A program made the position numbers and the translations under genes. The notes beneath the pieces are model-generated. The model was not told the DNA's origin. It worked only from the letters and a program-made list of their open reading frames with translations, and made no database searches. This document shows, piece by piece, positions 29,530-39,244 of a stretch of 64,000 bases of DNA. Origin of the DNA: Polyangiales bacterium (GTDB lineage Bacteria > Myxococcota_A > Polyangia > Polyangiales > Polyangiaceae); contig JBBRLQ010000006.1 of assembly GCA_038231275.1 (NCBI GenBank), positions 96,001 to 160,000 on the forward strand. The letters are read 5' to 3'. Numbering within the stretch: the stretch's first letter is position 1; every line of letters starts with the position of its first letter.

Positions 29530-30831
29530 TCACATACCGGTCGTCAGGTACTGCGCGGCGACCCACTGCTGCTGGCCATCAGGGAAGACGACGAGGCATT
29601 GGCCGTTCGCCGACTGCGAGACCGTCGCAGGGTAACGGTTGCCGTCGGCCCATTGCACGTACACGCGCGCGCCGGGACCGAACGCGGCGGGTGGCGGACC
29701 GTACGGCGATGGCGCGGGGCCCGGCGGGCCGAACGGAGACGCGGCGGGCGTGGCGACTGGAGCGGCTTGAGGCGCGACAGCGGCGGCAGCCATTCCGTAC
29801 GGCGACTGCGCCGGCGCGCCGTACGCGGGCGCAGCAGGAGCAGCAGGAGCAGCAGGAGCGCCGTACGGATTTTGCGCGGCCGGCTGCGCGTAGGGATTCG
29901 CCGCGGGTGGCGCGTACGGATTCGCCGCGGGTGGCGCGGCGCCGTACGGTTGCGGCGCGGGTGCGGCAGCGCCGTACGGTTGCGGCGCTTGTGCTTGCGG
30001 TGCTCCATACGCCTGCGGCTGCGCGCCGTAGCCGGGCTGGGCGCCATAGCCAGGTTGTTGTCCGTACGCAGGCGCGGGCGCGACGGCTTGGTTGATCGCG
30101 CTGCCCGCGGCGCCGACCGCGCCCACTACCCAGTTTGCCGCTTGGCCGGCGGCGTTCGATATCTGGTTGTACGGATCGTTGTTCGGCGCGTAGGGATTCG
30201 GCTGCGGCGGTTGCTGCTGTGGGTATGGCTGCTGCGGCGGTGGCTGTCCGGCAAACTGCGGCTGCGACCCCATCGCCTGCGGGACCGGCGCGGCTTGCGG
30301 CGGCGGCGCGTATTGCTGCGGCGGAGCATACTGAGGCGGTGGTGCAGCTGGCGGCGGCGCGCCGTACATCGGTGCGGCCGAAGCGGCCGGCGCGTGCAGC
30401 CCGCCTTGCGCCGTCATCTGAACTTGGGCCGGCACCGGGCCCGGACCCGGAGCGGAGCCCATCCCGGGACCTGGCGACGGGACCTGCGGCATCATCCCGC
30501 TCGATGCCATCGGCGACTGCGCGTGGCCGAATCCCGCGGGCGGCGCTTGACCGGGCGGCGGCGCGAACGGCTGCATCGGGACGGGCGGCGGACCGTAGGC
30601 GCTGCTGCGCGCGTCGGGGGGAGCCATCGCGGTGTTGCCGAGAGGATCGGCCTGAAGCTGCGCAACCTCGGGCGCGATCGCGAACGGCGGGCTGGGCTGC
30701 TGCTGCACCTGCTGCGGGTTCGACGCGGCGGCGGCCGCAGCCGGTGCCGGCGTGTCGGCGGGCGCTCCACACGCCGCACAGAATTTACGCGACCCGATCA
30801 GCTCGGCGCCGCATTTCGAGCAATTCGCCAT
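29530..30831 (-). CDS. Zinc-ribbon protein with Pro/Gln/Ala/Tyr low-complexity region and C-terminal Tudor/SH3-like domain
   Basis: CSKCG...FCAACG; PYG/NPYA repeats; PGARVYVQWADGNRYPATV...VVFPDGQQQWV. Confidence 0.8.
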   Translation of the reverse strand: MANCSKCGAELIGSRKFCAACGAPADTPAPAAAAAASNPQQVQQQPSPPFAIAPEVAQLQADPLGNTAMAPPDARSSAYGPPPVPMQPFAPPPGQAPPAGFGHAQSPMASSGMMPQVPSPGPGMGSAPGPGPVPAQVQMTAQGGLHAPAASAAPMYGAPPPAAPPPQYAPPQQYAPPPQAAPVPQAMGSQPQFAGQPPPQQPYPQQQPPQPNPYAPNNDPYNQISNAAGQAANWVVGAVGAAGSAINQAVAPAPAYGQQPGYGAQPGYGAQPQAYGAPQAQAPQPYGAAAPAPQPYGAAPPAANPYAPPAANPYAQPAAQNPYGAPAAPAAPAAPAYGAPAQSPYGMAAAAVAPQAAPVATPAASPFGPPGPAPSPYGPPPAAFGPGARVYVQWADGNRYPATVSQSANGQCLVVFPDGQQQWVAAQYLTTGM

Positions 30832-30891
30832 GGCCCTCGATCCTCGCAGGTTTGTCCGCGCGGGGGAAGGCGGGGGAAGCCCGCGCGCGCT

Positions 30892-32487
30892 CTAGCCCCG
30901 GCGCGGCCGCGTATGGAACAGCTGAACTTCGGCCTCGAATCCCCCCATCGCGAGGGCGTGCGCGCGGTCGAGGAGGAAGCCGGCCGCCTTCGCACGCTCC
31001 CGCGTGAGAGCGCCGCGCGGGGACACCCACACGAGGCGTCCTCCCGGGACGAGCACCTCGGCCGCGTGCGCGACGAAGCGGTCGAGGAACGGCACGAGCT
31101 CCCCTTGCTTCTGCACGCGTCGTCCCATCGGCGGGTTCGTGACGATGAGCGAGACGCCGCGCGGATGCATCGCGAGCGCATCCCCGAGCTCGAGGCGCGC
31201 CGACACGCGGGCCTTCGCGAGGTTCTGTCGCGCCGCATCGAGCGCGCGATCGTCGAGGTCCGTGCCGATCAGCTCGGCGTAGGGACCGAGGCGCGCGCGC
31301 TCGACGAGCTCGAGGCCGGAGCCGACGAACGGATCCCACACGATGTCTCCGCGACGCGCTTCGCCCAAGCGCGCGAGGGCGGCGGCGATCGTCGGGTGCG
31401 AGGCCGCGGGGACCTCCGCGACGCGGTAGGCGAAGCGCTCATCGGCCAGCGCGCGCGGAACGAGGACGACGCGCACGCGCTCCACCGCTCCCTCGCGCGT
31501 CTGACGCACCACCGCCTCCCACGTGCTCTCGCGCGGATCGTTCAAGAGCTCCGGCGCGCGCGACGCAACGAGATCGGCGACCTGCCAAACGAGCGCGCGC
31601 TTGTGCGAGCCGTCCTCCCACGCGAGGCGAAACCGAGCCCGGCCGCGCGTGAACGCCTTGAAAATCGCGCGCGCGGCCTCCGACGTGAGTGCGCGCGCCA
31701 CAGTCTCCGGAACGCCATCCTCCACCACTTCTTCCGGCAACGGAAAGCCCACATGCGTCATGAGGCGCGCGACGAGGACGCGTGAGAGCGGGCCGTCGAG
31801 CACGCCGCGCACTTCACCCGGCTTCGCGACGCGCGCGTGCCACGACGCGCCGAGCTCCTCGGCGAGGAAGAGTTGGAGGCCGGGACGACAGAAGAAGAGG
31901 ACGTCGAGCGGCCCCTTCGCCGACTGACTGGCGTCGATCGCGCTCTCTTCGCTTCGCGCCGCTTCGCGCTCGAGGATGTGCGTCGCGCGTGCCACCTTCT
32001 TCTTCAGCTCGGGATCGTCGCCCGCCGTCCCCGCGAGCGGCGCGCGCGCACGAAGCGCCTCGAGCGCACGCGGGGAGCCCATGCGTCCGAGCGACTGCGC
32101 GATCGTCTTCAGCACCGGCGCGCTCGTCTCGCTGCCCCACGCGACGAGCAGCGCGTCCTCCGCCTCTTTCGTCCGCACGCGGCCGAGCTCGCCCAGCGCG
32201 TTGCGCCGCGTCTTCGGATCCGCGTCCGTCGCCGCGTGGAGCAGGAAAGGTGCGACCTCGGGCGCCGTCAGCCGGCCGATCACCCGGACGAGCCGCGCCC
32301 GGACCCGTGGGGCGACCTTCTCTGCGAGCGCGATCGCGCGAGGGGCCAGCGGCGCGCCGATACGGACCAGAGCGCGGGACGCCAGCTCGGCCGGTTCGTC
32401 CTCCTCCGACAGCATCTCCACGAGCGCTTCGGTGTCACGGATGCTAGGCGTAAAGCCAGGATCCGTTAGCCTTTTGCGAAGATCCAC
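30892..32487 (-). CDS. HEAT-repeat protein fused to a class I SAM-dependent (RNA-type) methyltransferase; start uncertain
   Basis: HEAT-like repeats (DADPKTRRNALGELG); PTIAAAL, WDPFVGSG, IVTNPPMG. Confidence 0.8.
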   Translation of the reverse strand: MDLRKRLTDPGFTPSIRDTEALVEMLSEEDEPAELASRALVRIGAPLAPRAIALAEKVAPRVRARLVRVIGRLTAPEVAPFLLHAATDADPKTRRNALGELGRVRTKEAEDALLVAWGSETSAPVLKTIAQSLGRMGSPRALEALRARAPLAGTAGDDPELKKKVARATHILEREAARSEESAIDASQSAKGPLDVLFFCRPGLQLFLAEELGASWHARVAKPGEVRGVLDGPLSRVLVARLMTHVGFPLPEEVVEDGVPETVARALTSEAARAIFKAFTRGRARFRLAWEDGSHKRALVWQVADLVASRAPELLNDPRESTWEAVVRQTREGAVERVRVVLVPRALADERFAYRVAEVPAASHPTIAAALARLGEARRGDIVWDPFVGSGLELVERARLGPYAELIGTDLDDRALDAARQNLAKARVSARLELGDALAMHPRGVSLIVTNPPMGRRVQKQGELVPFLDRFVAHAAEVLVPGGRLVWVSPRGALTRERAKAAGFLLDRAHALAMGGFEAEVQLFHTRPRRG

Positions 32488-32556
32488 GCGATTCGCAGGG
32501 CCTGCCACGAAGGCACCGTAACCGGCCTGACCCCTCGCGCGTACAGGTATCGACCC

Positions 32557-33315
32557 ATGCGCCGCCCCGAAGACCCCAAGCAAGCCCCCAAAACGTCGTC
32601 GAGCCACCCCGAAGATCTCTTCGTGCCTTCGATGGGACGACGCTCGTTCCTGCGGCGCGTCGCGGGCGCCGGCACAGTCGCGCTCGCCCTCGGCGGCGCA
32701 ACGTACGTCTTCGCGAGCGAAGAAGAGGAGAAGAAGGCACGCGGCACCCAGCGCGCCGATGGCCGCCCCCGCCTCCCCCCGAACCAATACCTCCTCAAGC
32801 GCCTGCGCCCGATGGGCGGCGAAGAAGGCGACCCGAGCCCCGGCGCGTTCCGCATCAAGGTGCATGGCGAGGTCGAGCAGCCGTTCGAGATCGATTTCGC
32901 CGAGCTCCTCAAGATGCCGCAGATCGAGCAGGTGTGCGACGTGCACTGCGTCACCAAGTGGACGATGCTCGACGCGAAGTGGACCGGCGTGCGCGTCGCC
33001 GATCTCGCCGCGCGCGCGAAGCCGAAGCCGTCGGCGCGCCACGTCGTCTTCGAGGCCGCGCACGGCTACACGTCGAACGTGCCGCTCAAGGAGGCGCTCA
33101 TGCCGAACGTTCTCGTCGCGCACAAGCACGAGGGCACGCCGCTCGGGCGTCCGCACGGCGCGCCCGTTCGCGCGCTGGTCCCCGATCTGTATTTCTGGAA
33201 GAGCGCGAAGTGGCTCCGCGCGATCCGCTTCGTCTCGCGCGACGAGCCGGGCTACTGGGAGACGCGCGGCTACCACAACCACGCCGATCCCTGGACCGAG
33301 GAGCGTTACGGTTGA
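32557..33315 (+). CDS. Tat-exported molybdopterin-dependent oxidoreductase (sulfite oxidase/YuiH-like)
   Basis: GRRSFLRR Tat motif; RLPPNQ, DVHCVTKW, HGAPVR, YFWKSAKW, GYWETRGYH. Confidence 0.9.
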   Translation: MRRPEDPKQAPKTSSSHPEDLFVPSMGRRSFLRRVAGAGTVALALGGATYVFASEEEEKKARGTQRADGRPRLPPNQYLLKRLRPMGGEEGDPSPGAFRIKVHGEVEQPFEIDFAELLKMPQIEQVCDVHCVTKWTMLDAKWTGVRVADLAARAKPKPSARHVVFEAAHGYTSNVPLKEALMPNVLVAHKHEGTPLGRPHGAPVRALVPDLYFWKSAKWLRAIRFVSRDEPGYWETRGYHNHADPWTEERYG

Positions 33316-33884
33316 AGGCGACGAAGACCGCCTTCCCGTGGCGGGCGTGGCTGCGGGCGATTCATCGGGACATGGGCTACGTCGCCGTCGGGCTGACGTT
33401 CATCTACGCGCTGAGCGGCCTCGCCGTGAACCACATCGCGCAGTGGGACCCGAACTTCACCGGCTACGAGAAGACCTACGAGCTCGCGCCGCTCACCGGC
33501 GACGCCGACGCGGTGGCGAGCGCGGTCCTCGGCAAGCTCGGCGTGAACGACAAACCGCGCGAGGTCTACTCGGCCGCGCCGGACTCGGTCGAGATCGTCT
33601 TTGACGCGCGCACCCTGCACGTGAACCCGCTCACCGGCCACGTCATCGACGAGGGGAAAAAGCCGCGATTTTTGCTGCGCGTCGCCAACTGGCTGCACTT
33701 GAACCGCGGCAAGCCGGCGTGGCGGTACATCGCCGACGCGTACGCCGTGGCGCTCCTCCTCTTGTCTACGTCGGGCATGTTCATGATCAAGGGCGGCAAA
33801 GGCATCATCGGACGCGGAGCCTTTTTGGTGGCGGCCGGCGCGGCGATTCCCATCTTGTACGTGACGCTCGCAGGCGGGCCGTAG
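33312..33884 (+). CDS. PepSY-associated TM helix membrane protein
   Basis: TTG start overlaps upstream TGA; WLRAIHRDMGY...SGLAVNH; NWLHLNRG; three TMs. Confidence 0.8.
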   Translation: MKATKTAFPWRAWLRAIHRDMGYVAVGLTFIYALSGLAVNHIAQWDPNFTGYEKTYELAPLTGDADAVASAVLGKLGVNDKPREVYSAAPDSVEIVFDARTLHVNPLTGHVIDEGKKPRFLLRVANWLHLNRGKPAWRYIADAYAVALLLLSTSGMFMIKGGKGIIGRGAFLVAAGAAIPILYVTLAGGP

Positions 33885-33902
33885 CCCCCGTATCGTCAGC
33901 CG

Positions 33903-34862
33903 ATGAAGGCGCTCACGTTCTCGCGCTTCGGCGGGCCCGAGGTCCTCGAGCTCCGGGACGTGCCCGATCCGGTGCCGTCGCCTGGCCATGCGCTCGTTCG
34001 CACGAAGGCCATCGGGATGAATTTTGCCGATGTGTACCGCAGGAAGGGCAACTACCACCTGGAGGGATCGCCGCCGTGGATCCTCGGGTACGAAGGGGCC
34101 GGCGTCGTCGAGGTCGCGGCGGACGGCGTGCGCGTGGGAGAGCGCGTGGCCTTCGCGGACGCGCCTCACGCGAACGCGGAGCTCGTGAGCGTTCCGGTCG
34201 ACAAGCTCGTGCCGCTGCCCGACGACGTGTCGTTCGAGACGGGCGCGGCGCTCCTTCTTCAGGGGCTGACGGCGCACTACCTCGTGCACGACAGCTACGC
34301 GCTGAGGTCCGGCGACGAAGCGCTCGTGCACGCGGCGGCCGGCGGCGTCGGGCTCCTGCTCGTCCAGATCGCCAAGCTCAAAGGCGCACGCGTCACCGGA
34401 CTGGTTTCGTCGGAGGCCAAGCGCGCCTCGGCCGAAGGCGCCGGCGCCGCGGCGGTGCACGTGTACGGGAAGGGCTGGGCCGACGACGCGCGCGCGGGCA
34501 CGCCCGAGGGTCGCGGCTTCGACGTCGTGTACGACAGCGTCGGCGCGACGCTCGATCGCAGCCTCGCCGCCGCGCGCACCGGCGGGCACGTGGTCTTCTA
34601 TGGAATGGCGGGCGGCGATCCTGCGCCGGTCGATCCTCGCCGACTGATGGACGAGAGCAAGACACTCACCGGCGGTGATCTATGGAACGTCCTCACCTCG
34701 CGTGACGAGCGCGTGCGGCGCGCAGGAGAGCTCTTTTCGTGGGTCCGGAGCGGCGCGTTGCGCGTGCACGTCGGCGGCATCTTCCCGCTCGCCGACGGAC
34801 GCCGCGCGCACGAGACCCTCGAAGGTCGCGCGAGCACCGGCAAGCTGCTGCTAATTCCTTAG
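33903..34862 (+). CDS. qor: NADPH:quinone oxidoreductase (zeta-crystallin/MDR family)
   Basis: GGPEVL, GYEGAG, LLQGLTAHYL, HAAAGGVG, GKLLLIP. Confidence 0.9.
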   Translation: MKALTFSRFGGPEVLELRDVPDPVPSPGHALVRTKAIGMNFADVYRRKGNYHLEGSPPWILGYEGAGVVEVAADGVRVGERVAFADAPHANAELVSVPVDKLVPLPDDVSFETGAALLLQGLTAHYLVHDSYALRSGDEALVHAAAGGVGLLLVQIAKLKGARVTGLVSSEAKRASAEGAGAAAVHVYGKGWADDARAGTPEGRGFDVVYDSVGATLDRSLAAARTGGHVVFYGMAGGDPAPVDPRRLMDESKTLTGGDLWNVLTSRDERVRRAGELFSWVRSGALRVHVGGIFPLADGRRAHETLEGRASTGKLLLIP

Positions 34863-34884
34863 CATCTTACCAAGCGACTCTCGA

Positions 34885-35841
34885 TCAGGCGTCGGCGTCG
34901 CCGAAGATCGTGAGCGCGAGCTCCACGCAGTCGCGGCAGATGATCGTGCCGTTGCTCTCCGCGGTGTCGCCGGCGATCTGATCGCAGAACGCGCACGTGG
35001 CCTCGGTCTTCGCGATCACGAGGCCCGCCGCGCACGACGCGCAGACCGCCGCGGTCTCACGCCGCGTCGCGCTCGTACCGGAGACGAGGCGCCGATCGGA
35101 CGCGCTCCTGTCACAGAAGCTGCACCGAGCGGCGGCGCGCGGCGCGGGGATGCTCGCGCGGCTCTGCGGGATCTCGAACTGACCCGAGTCGTCGGCGCCG
35201 GACGGCAGCGTCTCGCGCCCTTCGTCGACCGGCTCGGGCGCCTCCATCCCCAAGAGCGCGTGCAGGAGGTGCCATCCGTTGCCGAACGCCGAGAAGCCGT
35301 CGCCGACCAGGACCGTGTCGACCGCCGCGTGCTTTTCCACGATCCGCCGAACAGAGAGCTGCGCGCGCGCGGCGTCCTTCAGCTTCTCCTGCGGGAGCAT
35401 CGTGAGCGAGCCGGCGCGGTGCGCGCGGACCAGATCTCCGAAGATGAGCGTCGTCCGCTCGAGCGAAAGCGCGAGCTCGCCTGGGGTCTTGCTGCCTTCG
35501 AGCTCGAAGACGAAGAGGCCGCGCACGAGCTCCTCGCCGTCGGCGAGCCAGCGCTGGCAACGGACCGGGAACGTCTTCTCCTCTGCACGCGGACCCGCGA
35601 TCTGCGCGCCGAGCTCCGCAGCGAGCGCCTCCGTCGCGCGCACGTGATCGGAGTTGGTGACGACGATCCACGAGGCGCCGCCGAGCGCGGCGAGGTGCGC
35701 GCGATCGTGCGGCGTCATCGGCAGCGGATCGACGAGCACGTTCCCCTCGGGGCGCACCCACAAGAGGCCGTTGAAGTCGACGTCGCGTGCCTCGTCGAAC
35801 ACCGACCACGCGTACAGATCCGCCCGGTGAAGCCGTTTCAT
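34885..35841 (-). CDS. MBL-fold protein with C-terminal ClpX-type C4 zinc-finger repeats
   Basis: VLVDP, TNSDHVR, GSKTPGE, FGD, LVGDG; C-terminal CSFC...CASC and CAFC...ICRDCV. Confidence 0.75.
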   Translation of the reverse strand: MKRLHRADLYAWSVFDEARDVDFNGLLWVRPEGNVLVDPLPMTPHDRAHLAALGGASWIVVTNSDHVRATEALAAELGAQIAGPRAEEKTFPVRCQRWLADGEELVRGLFVFELEGSKTPGELALSLERTTLIFGDLVRAHRAGSLTMLPQEKLKDAARAQLSVRRIVEKHAAVDTVLVGDGFSAFGNGWHLLHALLGMEAPEPVDEGRETLPSGADDSGQFEIPQSRASIPAPRAAARCSFCDRSASDRRLVSGTSATRRETAAVCASCAAGLVIAKTEATCAFCDQIAGDTAESNGTIICRDCVELALTIFGDADA

Positions 35842-35883
35842 TCGCCGCCTAGTCGACCCCGCCTGGCCCGCGAGCGCAAGCCG

Positions 35884-37296
35884 CTACTTGGCCTTGAAGT
35901 CGTACCAGAGCTTCTTGAGGCGCCAGAGCCGGTCGGGACCGAGGTCGTCTCCCTTGGGCTGCATGAACCGGATCTTCTGCTCGAGCGGCACGAACGCCTC
36001 GCGCGCGTGGTACTTCGTCTGGATCTCTTCGTACGAGCCGAAGTCGTACACCTCGCGCAGCTCCTCGGCGGTCAGGTACGAGACGCCCCACAAAGAAGGC
36101 ACGTCCACGAATTTTTGCAGCGCCCGCAGCGCCGCGAAGCTCGTGTAGCCCTTCGCCCACGGCTCGCCGTAGATCCCGATGTCGACGACCATCTCGGGAT
36201 GCGCCGCCATCTTGCGCGGTGTCGCGAACGCGAGGCCGAGCGAACCGCCGCCGGCCGGACAATTCCACAGCGGGTGTACGTCGAGGTTTTTTTGGACGTA
36301 CGCGATGCCCTCGTCGAGTCGGCTCAGGCGAATTCCCATGTCCTGGTTCACGAGCGAGCGTTCGGCGATCTCGATCGGCAAGTTCCCCTTGAAGCCGCTC
36401 GTCTTCACCTTCGCCTCGACCTCGCGATCGAGGTAGGCGCGGCCCAGGCGCGTGTGGCTGAAGATCTTCAGGTCGGCGATGATTCCGGCGAGCCACAAGA
36501 GGCCGCGTTGGTGGCGGAACATGTACTGGTGCGTGGGGATGAGATCTTCCTCTCCCTTCTTCGCGAGCGCCTCTGCGTGTTGGTAAAACCAGGGGAGGCC
36601 CGGCGTCATCGCCTCGAAGACCGGGACCTTCGCGTCGACCTCTGCGTAGTCGCCGGTGCAGAGGACGTACGACGACACGCCAAGGACGAACCCTTCGACG
36701 AACTCGTGGCCGGCGAGCGCGTCGGTGAAGGCGGCGACGTACTCGCTGCGCTTCGTGAAATGGCGGTAGGCCGTGCGCACGAAGGGGAGCGCCTCGCCGA
36801 GGTCGAGCGTCGCGCGCGTGACGATGCCGAGGGTTCCGTAGGAGCCGGGGAGGTGCGAGAGGAGATCGGCGTGGCTCGTCTTCGTCGCCTCCACGACGTC
36901 GCCGTTGCCGAGGACGACCTCGAGCGCCGCGAGGCTCGCGGGGAAAACGCCGTGGCGGTGCGAGCTCGTCTCGATGCCGAGGCCGTTCACGAGGCCGGCG
37001 ATCGTGAACGTCTCGAACTCGGGCACGACCTTGGGCATGAGGCCGACAGGGAGCGTCGCTTTGCACAGCGCGCCGAGCGTGAGCTGCCCTTCGACCGTGG
37101 CGGTGCGCTTCGCTTCGTCGATCGCGAGCACGCCGTCGAGCCCTTCGACGTCGACGGGGTGCGCGTCGTTCTTGTAGGCGAGATCGTGCGGTGTGTGACC
37201 GGGGTGCGCTTTGCGGATCGTGAGGCGCTTCCCCTTCGGGCGCGCGCGCACTTGCTCGGCGACTCGGCGAACGCGTTCGTCGTGGGCATCGGCCAT
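35884..37296 (-). CDS. FAD-dependent oxidoreductase, delta24-sterol reductase (DHCR24/DWF1)-like
   Basis: VVPEFETFTIAGLVNGLGIETSSHRHG, GSYGTLG, IPTHQYMFRH, QDM, PLWNCP, VDIGIYGEP. Confidence 0.8.
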   Translation of the reverse strand: MADAHDERVRRVAEQVRARPKGKRLTIRKAHPGHTPHDLAYKNDAHPVDVEGLDGVLAIDEAKRTATVEGQLTLGALCKATLPVGLMPKVVPEFETFTIAGLVNGLGIETSSHRHGVFPASLAALEVVLGNGDVVEATKTSHADLLSHLPGSYGTLGIVTRATLDLGEALPFVRTAYRHFTKRSEYVAAFTDALAGHEFVEGFVLGVSSYVLCTGDYAEVDAKVPVFEAMTPGLPWFYQHAEALAKKGEEDLIPTHQYMFRHQRGLLWLAGIIADLKIFSHTRLGRAYLDREVEAKVKTSGFKGNLPIEIAERSLVNQDMGIRLSRLDEGIAYVQKNLDVHPLWNCPAGGGSLGLAFATPRKMAAHPEMVVDIGIYGEPWAKGYTSFAALRALQKFVDVPSLWGVSYLTAEELREVYDFGSYEEIQTKYHAREAFVPLEQKIRFMQPKGDDLGPDRLWRLKKLWYDFKAK

Positions 37297-37324
37297 GCGG
37301 CCAGCGTACCAGCCGACGCGAGCG

Positions 37325-39211
37325 TCAGAGCGTCGACAGGTAGGCGACGAGATCCGAGACGTCGCCCGGGGCGAGCGCGCTCGTGTTGCCGTGCTTGTCG
37401 CCGCCGCCGCAGCTCCCGAAACGATCGGCGAGAGTCTCCGCGCAGCCGGCGTGGAGGAACGGCGCGCGGTGGGCGACGCCGACGAGCGACGGGACCTGGA
37501 GCCTGCCACCGGTGCCGACGTCGACGGTGGCGTTGTTCGTGAGCTGCGGACCCGCGTGGCATGCGGAACAGCCCGCGCTTCCCGCGAAGAGGACACGACC
37601 GCGCACCGCAGCGATGGGATCGGCCGACGTGATCGCGGCCGGCGCGGGGATGGCGAAGAGCCAGCCTTGGAGTGCGTCGCGCTTGTCGTCGGAGATCTCG
37701 GGACCGCTCATCCCTTGCTGATAAACCTGCCGAACGAGCGCCGCGACGCCCGCGAGCTCGCCGGACCAGTGGTAAGGCGCGGTCCCCGAGAGCGTTCCCT
37801 TCAGCGACGGCGTTCTCCTGCGGCCCTGCGCAGTGAACGACCACACGAGGCCGTCGTCGCCGCCTTCCGCGTGGCAGGACGCGCACGCGACGCCGGCGCC
37901 GGTGTCGGAGTGGAAGATGGCGTGTCCGGTGTCCTCGCGCGACGGCGCGTCGGGAATCGCGATCCGCACCGGCTCCTTGCCGTACGCGATCGGCGCCACG
38001 ACGAGGGCGGCGGGCTCGCGCACGAAGGCGACGACGGTGCGATCGTCGACGAAGACGACGGACGTGATCTGCCCGCCCAGCGTTCGTACGGGCGTCGAGG
38101 TGCAGCGCGTGGAGCCCGAGGAGGACCGCGTGACGCCCGCGGTATAGTGGATTTGGAGCGACGCGCCGTCGTGGGTGTGCCCCTTCGCAGCGGCGACGAT
38201 CGCGAACGCGTCGCCGGACGGATTGACCGCAACGTCCACGGGGAGCGTGGCGCCGCGGAAGACGACGCCGTCGTCGGGATCGCCGAGCCATGTCAACTGC
38301 GCGGCGACGGCCGGCGCGGGCGCGGGACCGCTGAAGCCCGCGCACGGACCCCCGCCGGAATAATAGGGAGGGACCTCGCCACCGCCGATCGCGTGGTTGT
38401 CGATCGTGCGGCTCGCGAGTTGGTGGATGACGAGCGGACTCTGTCCGGCCGCGCCGGGGACCATGCGCCACGCGATCGCCGCGTTCATGAGCGGCGCGAC
38501 GGTGTCGCCTGGACGCACCCGTGTGCGCACGGTGCCGGCCGCGGAGACGGTGAGCACCTCCGCCGAGCGAAAGCGACTCACATGGACGTCGCCAAACTCG
38601 CCGACGACGACGTCGCGGAGATCGAGGTCGAGGCTCAACGTGCGAGTCGGCGCACCACCCTCGGCGGGGATCGTCACGAGCTCACCGCCGGCGCACGCGA
38701 CGTGGACCGCCGATGCAGACGGGTCGTAGGCGACGCCACGAGGCGCTGCGCACACGTCCTGACGTCTCACGATCAAGCCCTTTTCCACATCGATCGTGAC
38801 GAGCGCGCCCCCGCGGCGCAGCGCGACGAACGCGGTGCCGGCGCCGTCGGTCGTCACGCGGCCGGGCTCGTCGCCGTCGGCCAGCGGGATCGTCCTCACC
38901 GTGCGCGCATCGATCTCCGCGACGTAAATCGCGTCGCGATCGGGATCGGCGGCGATCACGTATCGCTTCGTGCTCCAAGACCGCGAGACCGTCGTCGTGG
39001 CAATCGTCCCACCGCTGAGCGCAGGGGCGCCGGAGAAGCGCCGCGTGTCGCCGAAGTCGGGCGCGCCTGCACGCGTGATGCGGGACGTGCCCCCGTCGTA
39101 GGCGGGCGGCGTGTACGGAGTGCCGCCGCTGTCGTCGCTCGAGCCCCAATGCCCGAGGCTGCTGCAACCCGCGAGGACGAGCGCGTACGCGCCCACGAGC
39201 GAAGCTCTCAT
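37325..39211 (-). CDS. Lipoprotein: YVTN-like beta-propeller plus diheme cytochrome c peroxidase-like domain
   Basis: Lipobox LAGC; CASCH and CSACH; RRTPSL, APYHWSG, VPSLVG, APFLH. Confidence 0.85.
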   Translation of the reverse strand: MRASLVGAYALVLAGCSSLGHWGSSDDSGGTPYTPPAYDGGTSRITRAGAPDFGDTRRFSGAPALSGGTIATTTVSRSWSTKRYVIAADPDRDAIYVAEIDARTVRTIPLADGDEPGRVTTDGAGTAFVALRRGGALVTIDVEKGLIVRRQDVCAAPRGVAYDPSASAVHVACAGGELVTIPAEGGAPTRTLSLDLDLRDVVVGEFGDVHVSRFRSAEVLTVSAAGTVRTRVRPGDTVAPLMNAAIAWRMVPGAAGQSPLVIHQLASRTIDNHAIGGGEVPPYYSGGGPCAGFSGPAPAPAVAAQLTWLGDPDDGVVFRGATLPVDVAVNPSGDAFAIVAAAKGHTHDGASLQIHYTAGVTRSSSGSTRCTSTPVRTLGGQITSVVFVDDRTVVAFVREPAALVVAPIAYGKEPVRIAIPDAPSREDTGHAIFHSDTGAGVACASCHAEGGDDGLVWSFTAQGRRRTPSLKGTLSGTAPYHWSGELAGVAALVRQVYQQGMSGPEISDDKRDALQGWLFAIPAPAAITSADPIAAVRGRVLFAGSAGCSACHAGPQLTNNATVDVGTGGRLQVPSLVGVAHRAPFLHAGCAETLADRFGSCGGGDKHGNTSALAPGDVSDLVAYLSTL

Positions 39212-39244
39212 AGGAACCCTCCGTTTCGGTGGTGCGCTCGCTAG

